From NCBI GenBank assembly GCA_003194425.1, contig PQXB01000003.1:31615-63614 (forward strand): a stretch of 32,000 nucleotides of DNA. Direction: 5' to 3'. Positions 1 through 8,446 of this stretch are shown in pieces (within the stretch, counting starts at the first letter, position 1; each line of letters begins with the position of its first letter). The position numbers and the translations under genes were made by a program. This DNA comes from Candidatus Methanophagaceae archaeon. GTDB taxonomy: Archaea; Halobacteriota; Syntropharchaeia; Alkanophagales; Methanospirareceae. The notes beneath the pieces were generated by a model. The model searched no databases and had not been told where the DNA came from. It worked only from the letters and a program-made list of their open reading frames with translations.

Positions 1-482
1 TTCCCCGTGGGGTCGTCAATTATTAAAGTCACTTTCTCCTCTCCTTCGCCCGATTTTATTTTCTCTAACCGCTTCAAAACCGCTTCTGCACGCTTCTTTT
101 CTTCGTTCCTTGCATTTCTGCTCAGCATTTTCACCACCTTCTCCACCCGCTTCAAGACGCCTTCAACCGTAGAAATAAACGCCTCCCCTCTCCTCGGCTC
201 TACGCTGACGCCCAGCTCGGGAATTTCAATCCGCCCGAACGACGACCTCACTACCCGAGCATTTAAGTCCCGCACCGACGAAATCTCAAACTCGCACCTC
301 CTTCCCCGCCCACTCCGCTCTCCGCTCTCTCCCTCCCCCGCCAGCAACATCAAATCGGCAGACCGAAACCCACACAAGGGGCAGACAGCGGTAAAAAAAA
401 GAGCCTCGCCAAAGTGCGGGATTTCGTACGGCAGAAACTCCAACTCGCTCTCCGCCCCGCAAATCGGGCAACGCTCCTTCAC
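1..482 (-). CDS. ZPR1-type zinc-finger protein (C-terminus cut by the window edge)
   Basis: I translated the minus strand from the GTG at 482. It reads VKERCPICGAESELEFLPYEIPHFGEALFFTAVCPLCGFRSADL...RIEIPELGVSVEP...VTLIIDDPTGN. Two CxxC pairs, IPHFGE and IIDDPxGN are typical of archaeal ZPR1 (COG1779). An in-frame stop at 492-494 fixes the start. The ORF is absent from the track because it runs off the edge. Confidence 0.8.
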   Translation of the reverse strand, partial: MKERCPICGAESELEFLPYEIPHFGEALFFTAVCPLCGFRSADLMLLAGEGESGERSGRGRRCEFEISSVRDLNARVVRSSFGRIEIPELGVSVEPRRGEAFISTVEGVLKRVEKVVKMLSRNARNEEKKRAEAVLKRLEKIKSGEGEEKVTLIIDDPTG

Positions 483-486
483 CTCC

Positions 487-891
487 CTACCTCACATTCA
501 ACTTCTTCCGTTCCAACTTAATCCCAGTCGGCGCTACAACAACCAGGTCGTCTCCAATTCCCGCAATGTCGCCTCGCACATCAAGCGCCGCCATTTTCAA
601 GTCTTTCACCGCCTTCTCTACTAAAACCTTGTCCTGCTTCGCCCGCGAAATGTCCAAGATTAAAATATTGCCCGCGTAAATTTCCTTCTTTAACTCAGGA
701 ATGTCAAACAGACCCGTCAACTCCGCCGTTTTTATGTACAACCTCGCACGTTCGTCCTCCAGGTCCTCCTCGTACTCCTCAATGTCCAAGTCCAGGTAGT
801 CCTTTTCAATCCCTACCCCTTCCCCTTCTCCTACCCCTCCCTCTCTCTTCCCCTTCGGAAGCAGCTTTCCTAAACCGCCTTTTAGCCTCAT
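487..891 (-). CDS. sepF: Cell division protein SepF (DUF552 family)
   Basis: 134-aa ORF. The C-terminal half (IYAGNILILDISRAKQDKVLVEKAVKDLKMAALDVRGDIAGIGDDLVVVAP) follows the SepF/DUF552 pattern. Its stop lies 4 nt before the ZPR1 GTG, suggesting an operon. Confidence 0.7.
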   Translation of the reverse strand: MRLKGGLGKLLPKGKREGGVGEGEGVGIEKDYLDLDIEEYEEDLEDERARLYIKTAELTGLFDIPELKKEIYAGNILILDISRAKQDKVLVEKAVKDLKMAALDVRGDIAGIGDDLVVVAPTGIKLERKKLNVR

Positions 892-920
892 TTTCCCCTT
901 CCCTCTCCTTTTCTCCTCAT

Positions 921-1802
921 TTATTTAAATAAAAAAATCTTCTCTTTTATCCTTTTTATCCGCCCAACCACTTCCGCAGTTGCGCCTGCTTCCGCGTCCA
1001 ACGGAGCCGTCCCTTCCAAATCCGCCTTCACCAACGCCTGCTCGTAAGGAATGGTCTCAAGCAGCGGAATGCCGAACTCCCGCAACTTCGCCTCCACCTT
1101 CTCCACCGCACCCGAGTCCGTAACCTTGTTCAGCACCGCCACGACTTTTTTAATACCAATGTCTTCGGCGAGTTTTTTTATTCTGTCCACCGTCTCAACT
1201 GACCTCATTCCCGGCTCCACCACAGCAAGCATCAAGTCAACGCCCTTCGCAGTCCCCCGCCCCAAATGCTCTACGCCCGCTTCCATATCCAGCACGACCG
1301 TGCTCTCGCGCTCCTTGAACAACAAATGCCGCAGCAGAGCGCGTAGAAAAGCGTTCTCAGGGCAGACGCACCCCGTCCCGCCCTGCACCACCGTTCCCAT
1401 CACCAGCAGCGTCACTCCATCCGGACCCCTCGCACCGTACCGCTCAATTATGTCGCTCACCTTCGGGTTCAGCCTGTAGACGCCAGTCCAGGCGGCAGAG
1501 GCAGAAGCAGAGGCAGAGCCAGAGCCAGAGGCAGAGGCAGAGCCAGAGCCAGAGGCAGAGGCAGAGCCAGAGCCAGAGGCAGAAGCACCAGCAGCAGTCC
1601 GCTCGAAAATCAAGTCCTTCAGTTCCGAAATCGGCGCAGGGTTCTCTTTAACGCCCAACGCGAACTTCAAATTCATCGCAGGGTCGGCGTCTACTGCAAC
1701 TACGGTTTCCCCTTCCTTCGCCTCCCTTGCGAAAAGGCGAGCCAACGTGCCCGCGATCGTCGTCTTGCCGACTCCTCCTTTTCCCGCAACCGCTATTTTC
1801 AT
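921..1802 (-). CDS. cooC: CooC/AcsF-type nickel-insertion ATPase (MinD/ParA superfamily)
   Basis: It has the deviant Walker A MKIAVAGKGGVGKTT, VDADP, and the CxC metal motif GTGCVCPENAFL characteristic of CooC. It carries an (SGSGSASA)n insertion. Confidence 0.8.
   Translation of the reverse strand: MKIAVAGKGGVGKTTIAGTLARLFAREAKEGETVVAVDADPAMNLKFALGVKENPAPISELKDLIFERTAAGASASGSGSASASGSGSASASGSGSASASASAAWTGVYRLNPKVSDIIERYGARGPDGVTLLVMGTVVQGGTGCVCPENAFLRALLRHLLFKERESTVVLDMEAGVEHLGRGTAKGVDLMLAVVEPGMRSVETVDRIKKLAEDIGIKKVVAVLNKVTDSGAVEKVEAKLREFGIPLLETIPYEQALVKADLEGTAPLDAEAGATAEVVGRIKRIKEKIFLFK
1495..1587. repeat. In-frame tandem repeat in cooC: 24-nt unit gcagaggcagagccagagccagag, 3 perfect copies (1507-1578) plus partial flanks
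   Basis: Read directly from the sequence. It encodes ASGSGSAS repeats on the minus strand. Confidence 0.9.
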
Positions 1803-1827
1803 TCTTACTTCAACAAACCTCCCTCCT

Positions 1828-2100
1828 TCACGGCGAGAGAATTTCCATTACTTTCACCGCAACGATTAGTGCGAAAATAATTAGCATCGGCACGATTGTG
1901 ATTGCCAGGCTTCCTGTCAGAGATTTTAGCCGCTCCTTGACGAGGGGGTTGTAGACTTCATTTTCGTAGGCGCTGCTCAGCTCCTTGGCGATCAACGCGA
2001 AAATCAAGATCCATGTACCAATTACACTCAAAGCGGCTGTGATTCCTAACGAGGTGGTGGCAACTACTACGGTAGTAGTGGTAACGGTGATGACGCTCAT
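1828..2100 (-). CDS. Small hypothetical membrane protein (two predicted TM helices)
   Basis: The ORF track gives 1828..2124. I prefer the ATG at 2100 (MSVITVTTTT...) because a TTTAAATA box at 2130-2137 lies about 30 nt upstream. The segments are hydrophobic and I recognise no family. Confidence 0.4.
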   Translation of the reverse strand: MSVITVTTTTVVVATTSLGITAALSVIGTWILIFALIAKELSSAYENEVYNPLVKERLKSLTGSLAITIVPMLIIFALIVAVKVMEILSP

Positions 2101-2161
2101 TTTTTTCTTATATTTATAGGACAAGGGGCTTTAAATAGTTTTTGTAGTTAAAATAAAACAG

Positions 2162-3820
2162 GTGCAAGAGGAGCTAAAAATGGAGTTGGAATATTTGTTG
2201 GCGGGGCTGTACGCATTTCTGATTTACTGGGTTGTCGTGTTAGTTCTAAACAAGCGGGGCGTTCTGCAGCGGTACAACATCGCCGCGTTCGGACCGATTT
2301 TGATGTTAAGGACGACGCGAGGGCAGAAGTTGTTGGAGTGGTTGGCGAGGGGGCGAGCAAGAGAACGGTTTTGGCGGGCGTTCGCAAACATAGGGACGGT
2401 TTTAGTGTTTTTCGCGATGGTTTTTATGTTTGCTCTCGTCGTGCTCGGAGCGGTTGCTACTTTCACGGTTCAGCCGGAGCTGACGGAGTTGCACTCGCCC
2501 AAGAACTGGCTGCTTATTCCGGGGTTGAACGATTTTATTCCGCTCTGTGCTTGGTTTGGGTTTGTGGTTGCGTTGGTGGTGCACGAGCTCGCTCACGCGG
2601 TCTTGAGCACGGTGGAGGGGATAAAAGTGAAGTCAATGGGGCTTTTGGTCGCAGTTGTGCCTGTAGGAGCGTTCGCAGAGCCAGACAGCGAGCAACTCTT
2701 CGGCGAGAAAGAGGAAGGGAAAGTGAAAGTAAAAGTGAAACCAAAAGCAACAGCCCGCGAGAGAACCCGAATTCTCGCTGCAGGCGTGACGAGCAACTTC
2801 TTCGTGGCTTTCCTCGCTTTTGCTCTCTTCTTCTCGATTTTGTCCGCGGTTCAGCCGGTCAGCGAGGAGGTGCTGTTTGTTCAGGAGGTGGTGCCAGGCA
2901 GCACAGCGGAGAAGGCAGGACTGCAGCCCGGAATGTTCGTCACAAAGGTCAAGAACACAAGCACGGCGGAAGTGAATCTGGACAGAGCGGTCGAGCGGAG
3001 AGAAGCGGTTGTTTTAAGCGTCTTAGACAAAACAGGGAAGGCGAGCGAGGTAGCGGTGGAAGGGGGTTACGAAAGTGAGGGCGTTAGAGTAGTGCAAGTT
3101 GTGGACGGGTTTCCAGCCGCGGACGCGGGCATTTGTGCAGGAATGAGTATAATAAAAATGGACGGCGTGAATGTCAGTGGCTACCGCGATTTTCGAAATT
3201 TTATGCAGCACACCGTTCCGGGTCAGACCGTAGAAGTGCAGACGAAAGGCGGCGAGAAGTTCTCTGTAAAGTTAGCAGTAGCCCCGAACGGGAGCGAGGA
3301 CGAAGACGAGGCAAAAGGCTTCTTGGGTGTCTCGCTTCTCGCAAACAACGGATTAGGAATCTGCGTTACTGAGTTTCCAACGAGAGGCTACTTGGAACAC
3401 CTGCGGAGCATTCCCTCCTCTCTCGCGTCGTTTTCAAGTCACAGCAGAGGCTGGCTGTGGCTGACAGCCCTACCATTTTTACCACCTCCCAACGGCTTCC
3501 GCAGTTTCAACCCTCTGCTCTCGCATTTCTACGAGCCAGTGGGTACTGCAGCGTCGTTTCTGGGCGACGGTATTTTCGTGGTCGCTGACTTGCTGTTTTG
3601 GGTGGGCTGGATAAATTTTTATGTCGGGCTGTTTAACTGCCTGCCCGCGGTTCCTCTCGACGGCGGCTACGTGTTCCGCGAGCTGCTGAACCCTGTGCTG
3701 CGGCTGGGCATAAAAGACGAGCGGAGGAAAGAGAAGGTCTCAAAAGCAATTACCGCAGCGCTCGCGCTTTTTGTCGCCGCTTCCATCGCCTTCACTCTGG
3801 TCGGCCCTCGTCTCTTGTAA
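2162..3820 (+). CDS. Site-2 protease, M50 family metallopeptidase with central PDZ-like region
   Basis: It has the HELAHAV zinc motif, the second S2P motif NCLPAVPLDGG, several TM segments, and PDZ-like stretches (PGSTAEKAGLQPGM, FPAADAGICAGM). The start could instead be the ATG at 2180. Confidence 0.85.
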   Translation: MQEELKMELEYLLAGLYAFLIYWVVVLVLNKRGVLQRYNIAAFGPILMLRTTRGQKLLEWLARGRARERFWRAFANIGTVLVFFAMVFMFALVVLGAVATFTVQPELTELHSPKNWLLIPGLNDFIPLCAWFGFVVALVVHELAHAVLSTVEGIKVKSMGLLVAVVPVGAFAEPDSEQLFGEKEEGKVKVKVKPKATARERTRILAAGVTSNFFVAFLAFALFFSILSAVQPVSEEVLFVQEVVPGSTAEKAGLQPGMFVTKVKNTSTAEVNLDRAVERREAVVLSVLDKTGKASEVAVEGGYESEGVRVVQVVDGFPAADAGICAGMSIIKMDGVNVSGYRDFRNFMQHTVPGQTVEVQTKGGEKFSVKLAVAPNGSEDEDEAKGFLGVSLLANNGLGICVTEFPTRGYLEHLRSIPSSLASFSSHSRGWLWLTALPFLPPPNGFRSFNPLLSHFYEPVGTAASFLGDGIFVVADLLFWVGWINFYVGLFNCLPAVPLDGGYVFRELLNPVLRLGIKDERRKEKVSKAITAALALFVAASIAFTLVGPRLL

Positions 3821-3853
3821 CCCTCTCCCTCATTTCACGAAGTCTCTTCTAAC

Positions 3854-4369
3854 TTATTTCACGAAAACGCGGATTACATCGGCTCTCGCGATTATTCCGA
3901 CCAGCCTGCCGCCCCTTCTTCCGCCGCCCGCCTCCACCTCGTTGACCACAGGAATCCTGTTAAAGTCGTTCTTGTGCATTATCCGAGCAGCGTCCGAGAT
4001 TGAGGCGTCGGGCGAAATCGTTACCGGCTTTCTCGTCATCACTTCCCTCACCTCCCCCTCAAACAACGCCGCAACCTCCTCTGGAACCCGCTCCACCTCT
4101 TTAAAGTAGGCGGAGATAGGGAAGACGCCAAAAGGGTTGAGCGGGTCGACGACGGGGAACGGAATTGTCGCGTTCAATTTCATAATGTCCGCCTCGCTAA
4201 CCACGCCGACAACCCTTCCCTGCTCGTCAACCACTGGCGCACCGCTAATTCTCTTCGCCCTGAGCGTCTCTGCGACTTCCCTAATCTTGTCGCTGGGCTT
4301 GAACGTCACTACTTCGGTCGTCATCAAGTCCTTGACCTTTACATTTAGTTTTGCTTTTGTTTTTTGCAT
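3854..4369 (-). CDS. CBS-domain pair protein
   Basis: Two CBS repeats are visible (VKDLMTTEVVTF...ISGAPVVDEQGRVVGVVSEADI and VREVMTRKPVTISPDASI...NRIPVV...LVGIIARADV). It has a GGGRRGGR insertion. Confidence 0.85.
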   Translation of the reverse strand: MQKTKAKLNVKVKDLMTTEVVTFKPSDKIREVAETLRAKRISGAPVVDEQGRVVGVVSEADIMKLNATIPFPVVDPLNPFGVFPISAYFKEVERVPEEVAALFEGEVREVMTRKPVTISPDASISDAARIMHKNDFNRIPVVNEVEAGGGRRGGRLVGIIARADVIRVFVK

Positions 4370-4374
4370 TTTCC

Positions 4375-4860
4375 TTACACGTCGTAAAGCGAGGCGATTA
4401 TGTCCGCCCTCGTAACAATTCCGACCAACCTGCCCGTTCCCTCGCTGTCCACAACGGGCAACCTGTTGAAGCCCGTGTAGTGCATAACAAACGCAGCGTC
4501 GTCAATCGAAGTGTTCGGCGAGACCGTTCGAGGATCCTTTGACATTACTTCTTTCACTCTCGTCTCCCCCGCTCTCTCGATCTCCTGCTGCAGATCGTGC
4601 AACTTCTCGCCACCGCCACCACGGCCACGCAAATGCAGAATCTCCAGAGCAGTGAAGAACGGCGTGTACCACTTGAAATTGTCCAAGAGCTTCAAAATGT
4701 CCGCCTCGCTAACCACTCCAACCACCTCCCCTCGTTCGTTCACAACCGGCGCACCCGATATCTTCTTCTCTCTGAAGACCTCCGCGACCCTAACCACCGT
4801 GTCCTCCTCTTTCACCGTAACCACCTCCCTCGTCATAATTTCCTCCACTTTCTCCTTCAT
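4375..4860 (-). CDS. CBS-domain pair protein (tandem paralogue)
   Basis: The architecture matches the neighbouring CBS protein. The ORF extends to 4911, but the extra N-terminus overlaps a 17-nt (non-3n) tandem array. I therefore prefer the ATG at 4860 (MKEKVEEIMTREVVTV). Confidence 0.75.
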   Translation of the reverse strand: MKEKVEEIMTREVVTVKEEDTVVRVAEVFREKKISGAPVVNERGEVVGVVSEADILKLLDNFKWYTPFFTALEILHLRGRGGGGEKLHDLQQEIERAGETRVKEVMSKDPRTVSPNTSIDDAAFVMHYTGFNRLPVVDSEGTGRLVGIVTRADIIASLYDV

Positions 4861-4888
4861 TTTTCCTTTTTTACTCTCCCCGTACTCT

Positions 4889-4956
4889 CTTACCCCTTCA
4901 CTACTCTCCAATCTACACTACTCTTACCCCTTCACTACTCTTACCCCTTCACTACT
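4889..4956. repeat. Intergenic tandem repeat: 17-nt unit cttaccccttcactact, 4 copies (third-position copy 4906-4922 degenerate)
   Basis: Counted directly: 4889-4905, 4906-4922, 4923-4939, 4940-4956. A weaker fifth unit follows. Confidence 0.9.
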
Positions 4957-4977
4957 CTTCAACTTACATTCCAACCC

Positions 4978-5664
4978 CTACACCGCACTCCTTATCCCCA
5001 ACGCTTTTCTAATCACAACTGTCAAAGGAAACGAGCAGACGAGATACCAGAACATCCAGTACGGCAGGGAGAAGACAAAAGTCTCCGTGAGTTCTTTCGT
5101 TCCGATTAGAGGAAAAATCACCGTTCCGCCGCCGGAATAAACTGCTGCGTACTTCCAGAGCCACATAAAAACTGGAAAAGTGATAATGCCGATGTAAGCC
5201 ATCGGTTTCATCTGCTGCTTCATCAACTCGCCCGAGAACTGCGCCTGCTTGCTCATCACCTCCGCCCGCCTCTTCTCAAGCCGCTTCATCCTGTGGCTGT
5301 TCTTCTCCTTCCTCGCCTCAAAATACTCCTTCTGAATCTCCCGCATCTGCTTCTGATATTTCTTCGACTTCTCCATCAGTTCCCAGTTCATCGTGTATTT
5401 CTGCACTAGCGAGGTGTAAATGCCTGTGACCACGGTTAAGAGCAGGACAGTAACCAAGAAATTATCAGGACCCACGAACTCTGCGAGCGGTCCAAGAACG
5501 ACGTTCAGGGCAGTCCCCATTTTTTCGCGGAGCCCTGGAATTATGACAATGCCGAACAGGACGAAGAAACCCAAGCCCATTCCTGCTCCCTCTACAAGCT
5601 TCTTCAACTGCTCTCTCTTTTTCTTTTCTTTCTGCTCTGCCTGTTTATTTTTCTTGGTTGCCAT
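4978..5664 (-). CDS. DUF106 family membrane protein (archaeal YidC/Oxa1/EMC3-like insertase)
   Basis: A TM helix is followed by a long basic coiled segment (KYQKQMREIQKEYFEARKEKN..RLEKRRAEVMSKQ) and then more TM helices. This is the layout of Mj0480-type DUF106 proteins. Confidence 0.7.
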   Translation of the reverse strand: MATKKNKQAEQKEKKKREQLKKLVEGAGMGLGFFVLFGIVIIPGLREKMGTALNVVLGPLAEFVGPDNFLVTVLLLTVVTGIYTSLVQKYTMNWELMEKSKKYQKQMREIQKEYFEARKEKNSHRMKRLEKRRAEVMSKQAQFSGELMKQQMKPMAYIGIITFPVFMWLWKYAAVYSGGGTVIFPLIGTKELTETFVFSLPYWMFWYLVCSFPLTVVIRKALGIRSAV

Positions 5665-5752
5665 TTTCTTGTCTCTGTTTGTTAAGAGTTTGAGAAATAA
5701 AAGAGAAGAGCAAGTATTTAAAGTTTAAGTAAAGGAAAAAAGAGGAGCGGAA

Positions 5753-6484
5753 ATGTTTGTTTTTGGGCATCTCGGGGTAACGCTGGGAGTCGTATTTTTG
5801 GCGCTACGGCTCTTAAAATTAAGAACAAAACTTGAAATCAAGTTCAACCGCCGTCTCTATCTTTTTGTCTTCACGGGCTCGCTCTTGCCTGATTTAATTG
5901 ACAAGCCAGTAGGCGAGATTTTGCTGGCAGGTTCAATCTCAAACGGCAGAATCTTCGCCCACACGCTCCTCTTCAACTTTCTCCTGCTACTCTTTTGTCT
6001 TTGGCTGTACAAGCGAAGCGGCAGCCGAGAAGGGAGAGAAGGGAGCAGAGAAGAGAGAGAAGGGAGAGAAGGGAGCAGAGAAGAGAGAGAAGGGAGAGAA
6101 GGGAGCAGAGAAGAGAGAGAAGGGAGAGAAGGGAGCAGAGAAGAGAGAGGGCTAGGAGGAAACAAGAATGGTTTTGGGTTTCTGCTCTTCAGTTTTGCTT
6201 CTTTTCTTCACCTCTGCGAGGATCGGATGTGGCTCACTCCAGAGACGCTGTTCTTCCCTGTTTTTGGGTTTGAGTTTCCGCAAGGCGCGGTAGAATCGCA
6301 CTGGTGGGACTTTTTTTTAGGCTGCTTTTTCGGGACTTACTCGCCTTTGAGGGGTGCTGAACTCTCGTACGTGTTTGTCTCTGAAATGGTAGGCTTTTCG
6401 GTCCTGCTGGCGTTCGGTTTGCATCATTTCCACAGTTTTATCCTCCGCTACCGAATGTCGAACCAGAGGTGGAGTTCGCGGTAA
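5753..6484 (+). CDS. Membrane-bound metal-dependent hydrolase-like protein (DUF457/YdjM-like)
   Basis: It begins MFVFGHLGVTLG and contains LLPDLIDKPVG and AHTLLF, which are DUF457-like motifs. It is interrupted by (EGREGSREER)x4. Confidence 0.5.
   Translation: MFVFGHLGVTLGVVFLALRLLKLRTKLEIKFNRRLYLFVFTGSLLPDLIDKPVGEILLAGSISNGRIFAHTLLFNFLLLLFCLWLYKRSGSREGREGSREEREGREGSREEREGREGSREEREGREGSREERGLGGNKNGFGFLLFSFASFLHLCEDRMWLTPETLFFPVFGFEFPQGAVESHWWDFFLGCFFGTYSPLRGAELSYVFVSEMVGFSVLLAFGLHHFHSFILRYRMSNQRWSSR
6031..6150. repeat. In-frame tandem repeat: 30-nt unit agggagagaagggagcagagaagagagaga, 4 copies, almost pure purine
   Basis: Copies lie at 6031-6060, 6061-6090, 6091-6120 and 6121-6150, with one mismatch at 6150. 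Confidence 0.95.
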
Positions 6485-7212
6485 GGCTCGGCTGCTGCAG
6501 CATTTTCACTTGGATTTCCGCTTAGTCTGAACAAGAGGAACTCCAGTTTCTTCATTCCGTAAATGTCCAACCAGCCGTCGTCCTTCTTTTTGACTTTTAG
6601 CCCGTAAGTTTTGTTGCTGCCGCTGATTTTTACGGTCGCTCTTTCCTCTTCCGTGTCGAGAACTATTCTGGCAAAGTTTTCGTCCTTAACAATGAAAATA
6701 TTTTCCTCGTCCGCGGACTTGAAGATTTCCACACCCTCTTCTCCCGCCCACTCAATTTCAAGCGCGTCCACGAGGTAGTTTAAGAGCTGCTCGCTCTCGT
6801 CTCCGGGAACGTTCTGCCAGCGAAATAAGTAAGTTCCGTACACTTTACCTTCTCCTGCCCCTGTTCCTGACGCGGTAAAAGAAAAAGGGAACTCCACAGT
6901 TTCGTTGTGTGGCAGCCGTATTTTCTTCTCGGCGATTGTTTTGTTTTCCACCACCACCCTGAGCAGGTAGGAGACGTTCTCGTATTCGTGGTTGCCCACG
7001 CCAATTATTAGATTTCCCTGCTCGCCTGCTGAAAGGCTTGAGGGGTAGCCAGCCGCTTTACCGCTCTCGTTGAGAATGTAGAATTCGGTGAATTCTTCGC
7101 CCTTCTTTGGCGTTACGACCACATAAATAATGAGCACAAGTGCTACGAGAATAGAAATAATCAGGAGTGCGGAGAGGATTTTGTCACGAGTTTTCGGTTT
7201 AGACTTGGGCAT
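6448..7212 (-). CDS. DUF1616-like membrane-anchored protein
   Basis: From the MPKSKPK start, a basic N-terminus and one TM helix are followed by EFTEFYILNESGKAAGYPSSLSAGEQGNLIIGVGNHEYENVSYLL. The protein ends PYRELHLWFDIR, a pattern I associate with archaeal DUF1616. An alternative GTG at 7326 overlaps the mtd stop. Confidence 0.5.
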   Translation of the reverse strand: MPKSKPKTRDKILSALLIISILVALVLIIYVVVTPKKGEEFTEFYILNESGKAAGYPSSLSAGEQGNLIIGVGNHEYENVSYLLRVVVENKTIAEKKIRLPHNETVEFPFSFTASGTGAGEGKVYGTYLFRWQNVPGDESEQLLNYLVDALEIEWAGEEGVEIFKSADEENIFIVKDENFARIVLDTEEERATVKISGSNKTYGLKVKKKDDGWLDIYGMKKLEFLLFRLSGNPSENAAAAEPYRELHLWFDIR

Positions 7213-7240
7213 AGAAAATTTTAGAGCGTTTAGAGCGGTG

Positions 7241-7317
7241 AGAGGAGAAGGAGAGGAGAAGGAGAGGTGTGGAAAAGGAGGAGAAGGAGGAGAGGAGAGG
7301 GAGAGAGAGGAAAGCAG
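7241..7317. other. Homopurine/homopyrimidine tract (27-nt and 47-nt purine runs split by tgt)
   Basis: Read directly: agaggagaaggagaggagaaggagagg tgt ggaaaaggaggagaaggaggagaggagagggagagagaggaaagcag. It lies between the mtd stop and the MPKSK start. Confidence 0.9.
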
Positions 7318-7322
7318 CTCAC

Positions 7323-8189
7323 TCACGCACTCGGTTTCTCCAGCAACCCGACCTTCCTCATTATTTCTCCGCTCCTTGCGTGCGGCTCGCGGACGAGGCT
7401 GTCGGTCTGCTTCTCCATTTCCCGTGCCTCGAAAGCGAGTTTCGCGGCTTCACGCAAGAGTTCGTGCGCCGCCGCTACAACAGGCACGTACTCCTCAGGC
7501 TTCTGCATCATAAAACAGCCCTTCACATCCAGCTCCGCCACCTTCTCGGTCATACTGTAAGCCGCGAGAGCCTTCGCTTTTGCGTACGGGTTCGAGAACC
7601 CCGCCCGTTCTACCGACTTCTCCGCGGTCGCGATTATCTGCGGTAATTTCACTTCCTCGCCGCTTGCACCGCTCGGACCGCTCGCTCCGCTCTTCACAGC
7701 TTCTACGACCGCGTCAATCTCCTCCTGCAACAACTTCGCCACGCCCGTAATTGAGAGCACCGAGAGTACGTCGGCGTTAAACAGGCTCATTTCTACGGGG
7801 TCTAAAAACTCCCGCCTCGCTCCGATCATCGGGTCGCCGGGAATAATAATGTAGCCAAAACCACCCTCCTTCAACTTCGGCACCGCCTTCTTCGCAGGTG
7901 CGTCCGAGATAACAATGCACGGCTTGCCCTTCTCTTTCGCCATCTCACGCGCTCGCTTCGGTCCTGGAAGAGCCGCGTTCGGGCTCACTACCACCACCAA
8001 ATCCGGGTCCCAGTCAAGCAACCGCGAAGCGTCCGCAGCGCAGTCTGGCGTCATTTTCGCTCCCGTCCCCAGCACACGAACATCCACATCCTCTCTGTCC
8101 GCTCTCTCGTCCAGCAACAAATCCACAATCCTCGAAGCACCGATGTTCCCCAATTTCACAAATCCTACTTTCACTATTTCCTTCGCCAT
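7323..8189 (-). CDS. mtd: F420-dependent methylenetetrahydromethanopterin dehydrogenase
   Basis: It resembles Mtd over its full length: VKVGFVKLGNIGAS...LDERADRED..VRV.GTGAKM...VVVSPNAALPGP..ARE...GKPCIVISDAP...GFGYIIIPGDPMIGARREFLDP. Confidence 0.92.
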   Translation of the reverse strand: MAKEIVKVGFVKLGNIGASRIVDLLLDERADREDVDVRVLGTGAKMTPDCAADASRLLDWDPDLVVVVSPNAALPGPKRAREMAKEKGKPCIVISDAPAKKAVPKLKEGGFGYIIIPGDPMIGARREFLDPVEMSLFNADVLSVLSITGVAKLLQEEIDAVVEAVKSGASGPSGASGEEVKLPQIIATAEKSVERAGFSNPYAKAKALAAYSMTEKVAELDVKGCFMMQKPEEYVPVVAAAHELLREAAKLAFEAREMEKQTDSLVREPHARSGEIMRKVGLLEKPSA

Positions 8190-8285
8190 TTTAATCTCTC
8201 TTACCTTTTGCGCAGGCGGGCATAAAAAGATATTTCTTTTCTTTTAAAATCAAAAACCAAAATAAAAAATACAAAAAAGTAAAAA

Positions 8286-8358
8286 AGTCCCGTGGTGTAG
8301 CGGTCAAGCATACAGGCCTTTGGAGCCTGTGACAGGGGTTCGAATCCTCTCGGGACTA
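8286..8358 (+). tRNA. tRNA-Gln (anticodon UUG)
   Basis: Folded by hand. Acceptor AGTCCCG/CGGGACT; D stem GTGT/GCAT; anticodon stem CAGGC/GCCTG with loop CTTTGGA; T arm AGGGG-TTCGAAT-CCTCT; discriminator A. No CCA is encoded. Confidence 0.88.
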
Positions 8359-8446
8359 CTTTTGTCAAAATCGGTTCTTTTGGTAAAGATTTTCTTTTCC
8401 GCGATGCATTTTAATCAAACTTTTAAAAAGTTTGAAATAAAAGGTT

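Noticed and set aside
7-624. 205-aa plus-strand ORF
   Set aside because: Its composition is S/P/T/R-rich and low in complexity. It is exactly antisense to the well-supported ZPR1 and SepF genes, so it is a shadow ORF.
8421-8439. AT palindrome CAAACTTTTAAAAAGTTTG, and a similar ACTTTTTAAAAAGT at 20503-20516, considered as a shared regulatory motif
   Set aside because: Both are short, AT-only and resemble generic TATA or terminator-like sequence. Two occurrences in 32 kb of AT-rich intergenic DNA are not significant.
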